A stretch of 64,000 bases of DNA from Eledone cirrhosa. Its lineage: Eukaryota. The stretch lies in the NCBI GenBank assembly GCA_964016885.1, contig OZ024752.1, positions 11,904,001 to 11,968,000 of the forward strand, given 5' to 3'. Below, piece after piece: positions 15,071 through 30,100 of the stretch. The first letter of the stretch is position 1; the number at the start of each line of letters is the position of its first letter. The position numbers and the translations under genes are program-made. Under the pieces are notes generated by a model that was not told the DNA's origin, made no database searches, and was given only the letters and a program-made list of their open reading frames with translations.

Positions 15071-18000
15071 CTATAAAGAGAAGCTGGTCAAGGAAAATAA
15101 CAAGAGAAAACAGTGCTAACACGGTATGAGATAAAATATTAATGCTCTACTTCGCCCACTTATTCCTGAGAGGGTTGTTGGGGCAGTCCTCTGAGTCCTG
15201 TCAGATGCAACTGATCCAATTGATCTGACTGGATCCCTAAGCGAGACCAGCTAAGCTCATGGACCTTATCCATGCATCTTACCCTGGGTGTCCGGCCCAT
15301 AAAATTGGTCCAGCTATTCTTTCCTGAGACATTCTAACCACATGTCTGTAATATCGGAGAAGTAGCAGCTCTACCAGTTCTTATTCTATTTCATTGAGCT
15401 TCAGTTTCATACCAGAAAAAAAAAAAAGATGTGGCTATTTGTTAATCTTCTTAGACATTGCTGTATAAACAACAAGAACAACCTACACTGCATGAAGAAA
15501 ATCCTCCACCATAATTAAATGATACTCTTTTGCCGACATAAACCATGAGGCTTCTTATGGGCTACTGCTAAATGAGTCTTTACAAACCTTTTGAAAGCTC
15601 CTGTTGTCAACTTTAACCCTTTATTTACATTACTCTATATTTACTATTTTATTTTTGCAGTAAAGGCTTTATCTCATAATATCAAATCTATGAGATTTTG
15701 ATAACAATACTTTAACATCAGTGAGTGACTGGTTACAGGTGGTTTGAACAGAAAGAGGTGAGATAATTCTGGCTGGATACAGCCAGTTTAAATGTCTGTC
15801 CTCCCATCTCTTTCTGCCTCCATGTACTGTTCCCTGCAGGGCAGTCTTGGTAAGCTCTGAAGATCATACGTGGTAAGTACAATAAATTAGGCCTTAAGTC
15901 AATATCAGAATGTTTTTTGAAAGTGTAAAAAAAAAAAAAAAAATTACAGACACAGAGCAATTTTGAAAGGATACGATAAAATATATGTCCTAATGTCACT
16001 AATTAGATGAGTGTGATTCAACTTCAAGGTCATCCTAGAAAGATACAAAGGTTAAATTTAGAATACATTTTAAATGACAATGTCAATTTTCAATAAATGC
16101 AATACAGCAGCTCATTCACATGGAACAATAACAAATCCCATTTTAGCCAATATAGGGCCATATCTGATTCACAATCAACAATATCTACAACTATCAATAC
16201 ACTAATAAAATTTGTGTATTTTTACTAAAACCTTCATTAACCCTTTAGCATTTACATTACTCTATATTTACTATTGTATTTTCATGGTGAAGATCTTACA
16301 TGATATTTCACATATCGAATCTATGCAATTTTAATATTTATTTTGAGAATAATCCCTTAATGTCTATATGAGCAGCCGGTTTGAACAGAAAGATGAGAGA
16401 ATTCTGGTCGGATATGGCTGGTTTAAATGCTAAAGGGTTAATCTGTACATCCTTAGCTCTTCCTACCACCCTATATTATCATTTTCCTATCAGACTATAC
16501 AAAACACCATCTCTAAACATTATTTTCTTCAAAACTCCATCATAGTTTCACTTTTTTTTGTTGTTTTTTCAACCATCTTAAAACCACTGTATTTTAGATT
16601 TTAGAGGGCTTGAAAAGACTACAAACACTTTCTTACCCACTTTTTACAGATTAACAAATGAAAAAAAACCCCCCAGAAAACCATACATTTAGACTATTAC
16701 ACTTCATTTTCTCCTTATCCACACAGAACCCTTTACCATGCTTTATTTAGTCACAACCTACAGCACTGTATCCACAATTACCCCACCACACATACACAAA
16801 CCCTCCTACCCATGTGTGTGACATTTCAGCTAAAAATACTTTTGAAATAATCATAGAAATAACAGTCAAATCTCCCTCATGCCACATAATATAGACTTAA
16901 CCCTTTATCATTTACATTACTCTATATATACTGTTGTAATGGCTTTATCTCACATAATATCGAATCCATGAGAGTTTGATATTATCTATTTTGAGAACAA
17001 TACCATAACATCAGTAGGAGTGGCCAGTTACAGCCAGTTTGAACAGCAAAAGGTGAGAGAATTCTGGCTAGATATGGCCAGTTTAAATGCCAAAGGGTTA
17101 AGCAATGTAGTCCTAGACTCGGTCTGTGACGACTTGTCCAACCCTTGATGGCAGGGTAAACAGATGTTAAACAATGATGATGATGATAATTAAATGTAAA
17201 ACAGAAAAGTCACAAGACGAAGACATTTAATGACAAAAATATGTAACATTATTTGCAATATGATAAAATACGGAAGACATTTTGCTGAGGAGATACCACA
17301 ATGTTAAAAAACAAAAAAAATGAATTAAATTTACCTCGATCCATCAGAAAGTCGAATTTGTAGATTTGTGGTAGGTAAAGATTTGTCAATCTCAATGTTT
17401 GACACTGTAGCACTAGGAACTGAAGTTGCTGTAGCACTAGGAACTGAAGTTGCTGTAGACACCACACCAGGTAAAGGACTTCATGATGAAAAAGAAAAAG
17501 GGGGAAAAACATTGATTATGGTATTTTTTTTTTTTTTTTTTGTAATATTAACCCTTTAGCATTTACATTATTCTATATTTACTAGATTTTTACAGTAAAG
17601 GCTTTACCTCACAATTATCTAACATAATATCAAATCTGAGATTTTGATAACAATACTTTAACATCAGTACAAGCAGCTGGTTTAAACAAAAAGAGGTGAG
17701 AATTCTGGCCGGATACAGCTGGTTTAACACTTTATCATTTACATTACTCTATATATACTATTGTATTTTTGCAGTAAAGGCTTTTTTCTCACATAAAATC
17801 AAATCTAAGAGATTTTGAAATTATTTATTTTGAGAACAATACCTTAACATTAGTATGCTTGGCCAGTTATGTCCGATTTGAACAGAAAGAGGTGAGAGAA
17901 TTTTGGCCAGATATGGCCAGTTTAAATGCTAAAGGTTTAATGCTTTTCCAAATGGCAATACTATTTTAAGACTGAAATCAAATTTGAGACACTGTGCACT

Positions 18001-21000
18001 ATGGTGCTAATTATTATGGTTTCTTATATAGGCACAAGGCCAGCAATTTGGGGGAGGAGAAAGTTGATTAAATTGATTCCAGTGCATGACTGGTACTTTA
18101 TTGACCTCGTAAGGATGAAAGGCAAAGTTAACCTCGGCGGGATTTGAACTCAGAATGGCAAGGGCCGTAACTATGCGCCAGAGCATGGCGTCCGACCCTC
18201 TACCGATACTGCCAATTCACCGCCCTCTTATAATAATAATGGTTCTTATATTGGCAAAAGACTAGCAATTTTTGGTGCGAGGGAAAGACGATTAAATCGA
18301 CCCCAGTGCATGACTGGTACTTTATTTTATCGGCCTCGTAAGGATGATAGGCAAAGTTAACCTCGGCAGGATTTAAACTCAGATCGTAAAGGGTCATAAC
18401 TCCATGCTGCAAAGCATGGTGTCCACTACTACTGCTTCTATTAATTCACCACCCCTATAATAATAATAAAGACAGCACTACTAGACACACTTATTACGAA
18501 AAGTACTATCAATACAATGGAAACAACATCAGCAAAAACTACCCAAGGGACACAGAGCTGTGCTTGCTAAAGCAGTAATGATGTGCAACAAAAATGGAAA
18601 TAAGAATAATATATGAAATTTCACCTTCCAAGCATGTGTCCTTTGCCTGAGAAAGCAGCAACTGTTTCTTTGGGAGGAACATAATCTTTGGTATGGTAAT
18701 CATTGATGTTCAAATTAATTTTACCTCCTTTAGCTTCTCTCATGAGCTCTTGTGGAATGTCCCTGCAAGTAGAAATGGTAATTAAGTATAATAAAACAGA
18801 AATGACGCGGTCAAGAATTTAGATGAAATATGCAAACAATGAATTTGGACTGAGTATTGAAAAGCCTAAAACAATGGAATAAGTTGACAGAGGAAGGCAA
18901 CTATAGTAATGTAAAAAGAACAAAAGAGCTGACAATAAGGTCAGACCTAAGAATACCTAGATGTAGTAAGTACATTGTAGAACTACTGTATGTATGTATG
19001 AACCCATAAATCCTGGGGGAATCCATCCTTCTTCAGGTTTGAATACAGCTGATTTCTTTCATAAATATGGCTGCCCATGGGAACTTCTCTATGCTGACGA
19101 TCTGGTACTTATAGCAGAATCAGTAGAGGAACTAGAGAATAAATTCCAGCTATGGAAACAGCAGTTGGAATCAAGAGGACTGAGAGTGAACCTAGCAAAG
19201 ACTAAAGTGTTGATAAGTAGGAAAGAGGACAAGACTCTGATTCCATCAGGGAAATGGCCATGTTCGATATGTAGAAAAGGAGTTGGCGTAAACTCTATAG
19301 AATGTACACTATAGGTGTAGTAGGATGGCAGGCAAACTAACAGGAAGGGAAAAACTTCATGTGTAGTAGATGGTCAGGGAAAATTGATAGGCACATTTTT
19401 CAAATGCAGGTAGAATCTACAGAGGTGATTGATAGCTTCCGATACGTAGGTGATCAGATTAGCAAAGGAGGAGGATGCTCCGAGGCCATAGTATCTAGAA
19501 TGACAGGAAGGAAGAAGTTTAGGGAGCTGCTTCCTGTTGACAACGAAGGGTTTCTCCCTACAAACAAAAGGCCAACTATATGATGCCTGAGTGAGATGCG
19601 CACAGCAGCATGGTAGTGAGACATGGGCAGCAACTGCGGAGGATATATGACGGCTGGAGAGAAACTGTGTATAAGAGGGATAAACTGAAGTGAGCGGGAG
19701 AGAAGACTGCGTTGGTATAACCATGTGATGCGCATAGAAGATGACCACTGGGTGAAGAAGTATCAAGAAATCCTGGTGGAATGAAGATTCAATAGAAGAC
19801 CATGGAAAACATGGGCGGAGGTGATGAGAGCTGACCTCAGATTGCTGAAGTTCAGAGAGGAGATGACGTGGGACCGTGACGAATGGAGAAATGCTGTGCT
19901 GAAGAGGACCCGTCCCACCCTTGCAAGCAGGGAAAAGCGGACGTAAAATGATGATGATGTGTGTATATATATATATATTACGTCAGAGCAAGCTACGACA
20001 TGGTCAATCCTGGCCAGACTTATCTCTCGACATTGATGAACCGTCTGACCCATGCCAGCATGGAAAATGGATCTAAAAGAATGATGACAAATGGTTTGAA
20101 ATAAAGTGAAAACAACAAAAAACAAGAATATTCCACTTTACGGTATCTTACAAAGTACTGCTCTACGGGATCTTACCACAGTACCGCTCTACGGGATCTT
20201 ACCACAGTACCGCTCTACGGGATCTTACCACAGTACTGCTCTACAGTATCTTACCACAGTACTGCTCTACAGTATCTTACCACAGTACTGTTCTACGGGA
20301 TCTTACCACAGTACTGCTCTACAGTATCTTACCACAGTACTGTTCTACAAGATCTTACCACAGTACCGCTCTACAAGATCTTACCACAGTACCGCTCTAC
20401 GGGATCTTACCACAGTACCGCTCTACGGGATCTTACCACAGTACTGCTCTACAGTATCTTACCACAGTACTGCTCTACAGTATCTTACCACAGTACTGTT
20501 CTACAAGATCTTACCACAGTACTGCTCTACAGTATCTTACCACAGTACTGTTCTACAAGATCTTACCACAGTACTGTTCTACAAGCTCTTACCACAGTAC
20601 TGCTCTACAGTATCTTACCACAGTACTGTTCTACAAGATCTTACCACAGTACTGTTCTACGGGATCTTACCACAGTACTGCTCTACAGTATCTTACCACA
20701 GTACTGTTCTACAAGATCTTACCACAGTACCGCTCTACAAGATCTTACCACAGTACCGCTCTACGGGATCTTACCACAGTACTGCTCTACAGTATCTTAC
20801 CACAGTACTGTTCTACAAGATCTTACCACAGTACCGCTCTACAGTATCTTACCACAGTACTGTTCTACAAGATCTTACCACAGTACTGTTCTACAAGATC
20901 TTACCACAGTACTGTTCTACAGTATCTTACCACAGTACTGTTCTACAAGATCTTACCACAGTACTGTTCTACAAGATCTTACCACAGTACTGTTCTACAG

Positions 21001-24000
21001 TATCTTACCACAGTACTGTTCTACAAGATCTTACCACAGTACCGCTCTACAAGATCTTACCACAGTACTGTTCTACAAGATCTTACCACAGTACTGTTCT
21101 ACAGTATCTTACCAGAGTACCGCTCTACAAGATCTTACCACAGTACTGTTCTACAGTATCTTACCACAGTACTGTTCTACAGTATCTTACCACAGTACTG
21201 TTCTACAAGATCTTACCACAGTACCGCTCTACAAGATCTTACCACAGTACTGTTCTACAAGATCTTACCACAGTACCGCTCTACAAGATCTTACCACACT
21301 ACCGCTCTACAAGATCTTACCACACTACTGTTCTACAGTATCTTACCACAGTACTGTTCTACAAGATCTTACCACAGTACCGCTCTACAAGATCTTACCA
21401 CAGCACTGTTCTACAAGATCTTACCACAGTACCGCTCTACAGTATCTTACCACAGTACTGTTCTACAAGATCTTACCACAGTACCGCTCTACAAGCTCTT
21501 ACCACAGTACCGCTCTACAAGATCTTACCACAGTACCGCTCTACAAGCTCTTACCACAGTACTGTTCTACAAGATCTTACCACAGTACCGCTCTACAAGC
21601 TCTTACCTCAGTACTGTTCTACAAGATCTTACCACAGTACTGTTCTACAAGCTCTTACCACAGTACCGCTCTACAAGATCTTACCACAGTACCGCTCTAC
21701 AAGATCTTACCACAGTACTGTTCTACAAGCTCTTACCACAGTACCGCTCTACAAGCTCTTACCACAGTACTGTTCTACAAGCTCTTACCACAGTACCGCT
21801 CTACAAGATCTTACCACAGTACTGTTCTACAAGATCTTACCACAGTACCGCTCTACAAGATCTTACCACAGTACCGCTCTACAAGCTCTTACCACAGTAC
21901 TGTTCTACAAGATCTTACCACAGTACCGCTCTACAAGATCTTACCACAGTACCGCTCTACAAGCTCTTACCACAGTACTGTTCTACAAGCTCTTACCACA
22001 GTACCGCTCTACAAGATCTTACCACAGTACTGTTCTACAAGATCTTACCACAGTACCACTCTACAAGATCTTACCACAGTACTGTTCTACAGTATCTTAC
22101 CACAGTACTGTTCTACAAGATCTTACCACAGTACCGTTCTACAAGATCTTACCACAGTACTGTTCTACAGTATCTTACCACAGTACCGCTCTACAAGATC
22201 TTACGACAGTACCGCTCTACAAGCTCTTACCACAGTACCGCTCTACAAGATCTTACCACAGTACCACTCTACAAGCTCTTACCACAGTACCGCTCTACAA
22301 GCTCTTACCACAGTACCGCTCTACAAGCTCTTACCACAGTACCGCTCTACAAGCTCTTACGACAGTACCACTCTACAAGCTCTTACCACAGTACCGCTCT
22401 ACAAGCTCTTACCACAGTATCTTACCACAGTACCGCTCTACAAGATCTTACCACAGTACCGCTCTACAGTATCTTACCACAGTACCGCTCTACAAGCTCT
22501 TACCACAGTACCGCTCTACAAGCTCTTACCACAGTACCGCTCTACAGTATCTTACCACAGTACCGCTCTACAAGATCTTACCACAGTACCGCTCTACAGT
22601 ATCTTACCACAGTACCGCTCTACAAGCTCTTACCACAGTACCGCTCTACAAGATCTTACCACAGTACCGATCTACAAGATCTTACCACAGTACCGATCTA
22701 CGGGATCTTACCACAGTACCGATCTACGGGATCTTACCATAGTACCGCTCTACAAGATCTTACCACAGAAAGAAAAATAAGAGAATTTACCTTCGGCCAA
22801 TTGATTCCAAGAATTCTTTATTCCTCTCGTCGTTGTAATCTCGCAATGGTCCATTATCAACACTGAAACCATTCTTCCACATATTCAAAACCTATTACAA
22901 TACAATAATGTAAATTACCAACGGTGATAGAGGAAGGTATGTATACAAGGTCAAACCTAGAAAAATGAGGACTTATAAATGCAATACAAAATCAAGAGGA
23001 ATGGAAACATAAAACATCGGAATGCTTCCAACCCATGCCACTAATGATGATAACGGTAGATAGATCATCATCATCGTTAAACATCCATTTTCCATGCTAG
23101 CATAGGGTAGATGGGTTGTCCCATTAGAGGCAAGTTGGGTCGGGTGACCATGTGTTGTTCATATAGAACTGTTTCTGGATAGATTTCTACAGCTGGATGC
23201 CCTTCCTAACGCCAACCACCAGGGTTGCCCTAGAAACGATGTATGTCAATACGGTGCCCCTACGACTATCTTGGCAGTTATAGGACAATGTATACATAAT
23301 TTTCAATTAAATTTGAAAATATTCAAAAAGTTGGTGAGATTTAACAAAATAAATAACTTTCTCTTTATGATGTTGGTTTTTGGACATGACCCTCCGCAAG
23401 GAGTTATGGAACCAGGCATCCATCCTAAGACAACATGACTCTCCACAAGGAGTTATGGAACCTGGCATCCATCCAAATGGACAACAAAGATAATCTTACC
23501 CTTGCCACTTCAGGGTTTTCATTTGAAGCTGCGCTTTTAATTACAACAGGCGTGGTACTTTCCATATCACCTAATCTGTAGCCAGTTCCATGAAAAGCTG
23601 AAGATTTTGCACCAAAGTCTTCTTCGGGGTCAGAATCATCATCTCTAGTAGTAAAAACAATAGCAAAAGGTAAAAATGAAGGAAAGGTAGACATTCCAAA
23701 AATGATCAAGTATTTCTTATTGTTATATTTGAGGAGGGTCATGTTGTCCTGTTAGGATAACATGACCCTCCCCAAATATAGCAATACCCGTTTCATATCA
23801 AAAACCTTGCAAAACAAAAACATCACCACTAAGTATTTTTTTACTTTGTATTAATTATTCAAACATAAAACTGCAACCCATAGAAAACAGATCTATATGA
23901 TGATGAAAGATAATTTACTTTTTAATAAAATTTTAAAAAGAGAAAAACATTTTTTTAACAATAATTACATTTATTGAATGTACAAACAAAATGTTCAACT

Positions 24001-24060
24001 ATTCTTATTCTTAATTGTTTATTAAACAGAAATCAATACTAATGTTCTTTTTCAATTTTA

Positions 24061-24105
<45 letters not shown>

Positions 24106-27100
24106 TGCTTTATATGTTCATTCTGTCATTACAACAGCAGAGGTCCGATGAGCTTTTGATTCCAGAGTCGGGCCAGATCGAACCTTGAGCTGATCAATAA
24201 ACATAATGAAGGCTTAACAAATCGTCCTTGTATTATATATATATACATATTGTTATACTTTGGGAGGGTCATATAAAAACACATGCACTTGTTGGTTAGT
24301 TGTTATCAAACCAACCAATCAACTGGAAATTTATAATAAATTGAAGTGAAAACCAACAGGTGCGTGTGTTTTTATTGGCAACATGACCCTCCCAAAGTAT
24401 AACAATATCAGTTTCAACACACGTTTTCAGATAAGAAATCTTGCAAAACAAATTCAAAAACGAAGTAGATATACCCACTTCTAGATAATAAACTTCAACT
24501 ATAAGAACTTGACATAAAAGCAGTTTAACAAAATAGGCATTTAGATTTACTTACTTCTTAACTTGTTTAAATAAATCCATAAACTTCTTTGGATGACCTA
24601 ATACTTGCTGGCCACTGGAATTAGAAAGAGGAATATACATTAAGATGCAAAGTATTACAAATATTGAAGATTAGTTGCTGTAAAATATTGAGAAAGGCCC
24701 AGTCCACCCTGCCAGTTGATAGTGTTGGTGCCATGAAGAAAGCCCCCAGTAAACGCTGTAAAGAGAAATGTGATTAGGAAGGGCATCAGGCTAGAGAAAA
24801 CCTTGCTAAAAATTGAAATGGTGTATATACATATACCATATATTGCTGCAACACAATGTTATAAAATCAATGAATAATTGATTGAGTTATACTACTTATG
24901 ATACCTGCTTACAACTACATAGTCTTAGTTCTTGAGAGCTAAAGTATCTTAGCCACAGACATAATATAATCCAGATAAAAGGATATAAATTTCATTATGA
25001 ATAAATCATATATATATATCATCATTCCACACTAGCATGGGTTACACGGGTTGTCCCGTTGTGGGCAATGTTAGGTCAGGTGACCTTGTCTTGCTCATAC
25101 GGGAACTGATTTTGGCTTGATTTCTACAGCTGGTTGCCCTTCCTAACACCAACCTCATTTACAGTGAGTACTGGGTGCTTTTTTTTCTGTGGCGCCTACA
25201 CGCCCACTTTGCAGTGGGAGGGGATGGGGCAATATATATACATATATAATTTCTTCAATTTTCTGATAAAGAACTAGCGGCCGAAACCTTAAGACTCTTT
25301 TCCTACTACATCAAGCGGAAAACTAATATGTTTCTTGATTATACTATTTCTGTTTGCCTTTTGCATATATATATATATCTATAGTTACAATTTCTGAAGC
25401 TGTTTTCTTTCGAAACTTTAAACATAGGAGGGATCAGATTCATTGTTGTCAACTGACAGAAACAAGGATAACTGAATCAGGTTAATCCAGATATCATTTG
25501 ATTTAAAATCTTTGTAGATCTAAGGTTAGAGTGAAAATGTACACAGGTCATAGATCACAAAAAGTTACTTAACCCTTAGGCATTTAAACCAGCCAGAATT
25601 CTCTCACCTTTCAGTTCAAACTGGCGATAACTGCCCACTCATACTGATGTTAAGGTTTTGTTCTCAAAATAAATATCAAAACCTCATAGATTTGATATTA
25701 TGTGAGATAAAGCCTTTACTGCAAAAATACAACAGTATATATAGAGTAATGTAAATGTTAAAGGGTTAAATGTTTACAGAGGGATTTGAAAGGAGACCAC
25801 ATGGCTACATTTTCTTACTTACTAAATAATTAATGTTAAAATACCTATGTTCAGATCCACCAGCATAGAAGGCTTGTCCTTCCTCATCACTGTCCAGAAA
25901 GTTCTGAGCATTTTTTAATATGCAAAAAGGGATATAAATAATTGACCTTTAAATAAATTTTATTCAATGAAATAATTTCCATTATTATTAATGACCTTTA
26001 CGGTCTGAGTTCAAATCCCGCCGAGGTTTACTTTGCCTTTCATCCTTACGGGGGTCGATAAAATAAAGTACCAGTAATGCACTGGGTAATTGCTGGCCTT
26101 GTGCCTAAAGTAGAAACAATTATTAATGACCTTTGTCCATCTATCAGACAATTTAAATATGACAGATATGCGTGGGCTGGCCACTGCCATCGTGCCACCT
26201 ATGAGGCTGTGTCCCCATTAGTGCTTTGGAAACCACAAGCAGTCACTAATAACAGGGGGCGCAAGCTCTCCTATCCCGATGTCATCTCCAGAGATTCTAG
26301 TATTGAAATCCAGGACTTGGCAACGGCAATGAACAACAAACCCACGTAGAGATCAATTGTTGAGTCCATTTCAGCTGAGGCCACCGGATGATGATGAAAT
26401 ATTCCATCAGCAAAAAATTTGACTGGTTTTGAAGGAAAAAAGATATCTAGATACATTTTGACCCCATCTAAACCGTTAAATATTTTTCCTTGCAATGAGT
26501 TCTGTAGAGACAGAAATAAGTGGTAGTCGGATGGTGCAATATCAGGAGAATATGGCGGATGGAGTAAGAGATCCCAGCCAAGTTCAGGGTAGCCAAAGAC
26601 ACGTTGTCGGGCATTGTCTTGTTGGAACATTACCCTTTTCCTGTTGGCAATCTCCCGCCTCAAAATTAATGGTCTGGTTTTGTAGAAGCTCTTAATAAAT
26701 AATGCCTTCATGATCCTACCAAACACAAAGCATAGCAATTATAGTATAGATATTCGTCTTTGGTTGCTGTTTGGGGGGATCCTTACGCATACTCCAGGAA
26801 ATTTTTCGCACTACTTTTTCGTACACAATCTATTTTTCATCTCCAGTCACAAGTTGTTTAAAAAAAGGGCATACTTTCATTCCGTCTCAAAAGTATATCA
26901 CAAACGGAATACCAGTCCTAGCAATTCTTTTCTGAGATTTTGTGAGGGACCCATACATTATAGCGAGAAATGTATCCTACTTCACTAGGTGTTTATGAGC
27001 CGTACTTTTAGAAAATTCCAACTCCTCTGCAAGTTCTCTAGTCATGATATTTGAGTTTTTTTCGATTTTTGCCTTCCAAACATCTTCATCCAAGTTTGAA

Positions 27101-30100
27101 GGTCTTCCACTGTGACTGTCATCTTCCAAGCTAAACTCACCAGCTTTAAATTTTGCAAACCACCTTCGAACAGTTGATTCAGCTACAACATCACCATAAA
27201 CTTCACAAATGTTTTTGCAAGTCTTTGCAACATTTTCTCCTTTTTTTAAAAAAGAAAAGCATTACAACGCAAATATGAAATTTTTAGTTATCCATTTCAA
27301 ATGTCAATAAATAACTGGAATGAAAGATAAATCTATTTTTAGTCAGGAACCGCCACTTCAAGCAATGCCAAAGTTTTAAGAGTATCATGATTCAGGTGTG
27401 TTCAATGAAGCATTAAAAGATTTAGCTTAAAAACACTCAGAACTTTCCGGCAACTTAATAATTAATGTTAAAATACCTATGTTCAGATCCACCGGCATAG
27501 AACGCTTGTCCTTCCTCATCACTGTCTGCAGCCTCTCCCTGTTTGATGTCAGTTAAGGTAGCAAATCTATAAAAAATATAAAATAAAAATACTGCACTGA
27601 TTAACAAAACATAATTTACAACCAATTAATACTCACCAGAATATCATCATCATTTTATGTCCACTTTTCCCTGGTTGGACAGGTCCTATTCAGCACAGCA
27701 TCTCTCCACTTGTCACAGTCCTTCGTCATCTCCTCCGTGAGTTTCAGCAATCTGAGGTCTGCTCTCACCACCCCCACCCATGTTTTTCGTGGTCTACCTC
27801 TACTGCATCTTCCTTCTACTGGGATTCCTTGGCACTTCTTTACCTGGCTGTCATCCTCCATGCGCATCACATGTCCATACCATCTCAGTCTTCTCTCCTG
27901 CACACTACAACTTATCCCTCTTATACCCAGTTTCTTTCTCAACTCATCTATGCTTGGTCGTTCAAGCACATTGACATTGCACATCCAACAGAGCATGCTT
28001 GCTTCATTTCTCTCCAGCCGTTGCATATCCTCTGCAGCTGCTGCCCATGTCTCACTACCATGCAGCATCGCGCATCTCACACAGGCATCATATAATCATA
28101 CATTCTGTTTTCCTAAAGGCTTTTATTTATTTTTATAAATAAATATTCATACAGATATGTATATTAAAAAGCAATTCTTTTGCATCCATGATAAAGCAAG
28201 AATGAAGATTTTACTATGAATATTAAACTTAACCCTTTCATGACCACATTTCTAATGAAATACACTCTATTTCAACTACCATATTTCCCGGAGTCGAAGA
28301 CGCTACTTTTTTCCTAAAATAAATCTGAATATCTACCATGCGTCCTGGGGGCCGAAAGTTGTTTATTATTTTTTTTTTCAAATTTTTGGTTGACAAAATT
28401 AGGGTGCGTGCTCGAGGATGAAACGTCTTCGGCGCTGGAAAATATGGTAATTAATGAAGAATTTTGAGGGATTTACTAAAATTATTAACTATTTCATTAC
28501 TATGATAGTAACGTAATGTAAGGTTCATATATAAAATCATGTAGGAAGATGGAATGGTTTGCAGTATTTGTTCCAGTTCTTCTGGGCTCCGAGTTGAAAT
28601 CCAACTGAGGTCAGCTTTGTCTTTCAATAGATAAAGTTGATAAATTTAGTGCCAGTCCAGTACTAGGGTTGATTCTTCCTCTATATCTCTTACTTCTTCT
28701 TTATCATTCTCTTTTCCTTTAGAAAAAAATTTGTTCTGTTCAAATTTAAAGAGGGATGGGCTCTACCAGGTTTAAAATGCTCAAGAAATGCCATGTCACC
28801 AGTGCTCCTACGACTCCACAAGGAGAATCAGATGGTCAAGCACACAACACTTTTGACCAGAACTAGAACTAAACAATAATGGTTTCTTATATAGGCACAA
28901 GGCCAGCAATTTTGGGGAGGGGACATTCAATTAAATCGATCCCAGTGCATTACTGGTACTTTATTTTATCGACCCCGTAAGGATGAAAGGCAAAGTTAAC
29001 CTCAGCGGGATTTGAACTCAGATCGCAAAGTGCTGTAACTTTATGCTGTAAAGCATGGCGTCCGACCCCCTACTGATACTGCCAATCCACTGCCCTAGAA
29101 CTAAACAATAATAACTTTTGTTAATTGCTGAACATATAGCTCCATACACCAATTATGGAAATGGATATGAAATAAAAATTAAAAGAATAAATAAACAAAC
29201 AAAAACACTAACAGTTCTTCATGTAAACAACATTTTTCTATATAGTTTGTTGATGTTCACAATAGGAAACTAAACTGTAGAAAACTAACCGAGTGTTTGC
29301 TTCTTGGGTCACAGGAGGGGCACTAAACGCTGGTCCAGTTGGTGGTTTACTTGGCTCGGGTACGGATTCCGATGGAAGCATATCGTACATATCAGGTTCA
29401 TGGTCATCTTTGTAAAAACTCTCCATGGCAAGCTAGAATGAGAATATATATACTAATAATTTGGCGGGTGGAGGCTACAAGTGGTTTTCATGGAGTGAAA
29501 TAAATGAATTATCAGAAACATTTAAGGGTACATGTGAGAGATCACGGAATTAGTAATGAAATGGGATGTCAATGAACAATGCTTAGTGAACAAAAGACCT
29601 GTCAACAAGTAGACCACTGAAAATAAAGCAGGGACATATGATTCAGCATTATTTCTCATGTGTAAGGGTAGGAGATTTTGTGTCCCAAATGCCTGTGATC
29701 ACACAGTGCAAGTCAGAGGGCACAAGACATCAGACCATTTCTTCACCCAGAGTTTGTTCTTCAGTTTCTCAATAGTTTCACACACCTCAACAACAGTTGG
29801 TGCAGCCAAGTTACATGTGTAAGTGGTGGTGTTTCTGAAGGTCTATGTGCAATTAGATAGCCTCCAGTCTCTCACCAAGTTTACTATTAGTGTTGTAGTG
29901 TAGTGCTTATACTGGTTGATAGTATTATGGCATATTACCAGTCAGCTCGGCCCTGTGTCATCTTCTTCACTAGGTTCAATTTCTTGAGGTTATTCCTCAA
30001 TAAGTTCTGTTTCAACAACAGGAATTTTTTCTTCAAATTTGACTATGGCGTGCTTGGCCCTAGGACCACCTCCCTACTCACCACTATCGGTATGGAGTTG

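Noticed and set aside
20106-22742. 878-aa ORF
   Set aside because: Read-through of a 26-bp minisatellite, antisense within an NSFL1C intron; the peptide simply cycles through the three frames of the unit.
25262-25300. Hammerhead-like CTGATAA...GAAAC; also 38428-38480 and the 33397-33508 hairpin
   Set aside because: Core or stems are broken; probably decayed members of the same class, not counted as ribozymes.
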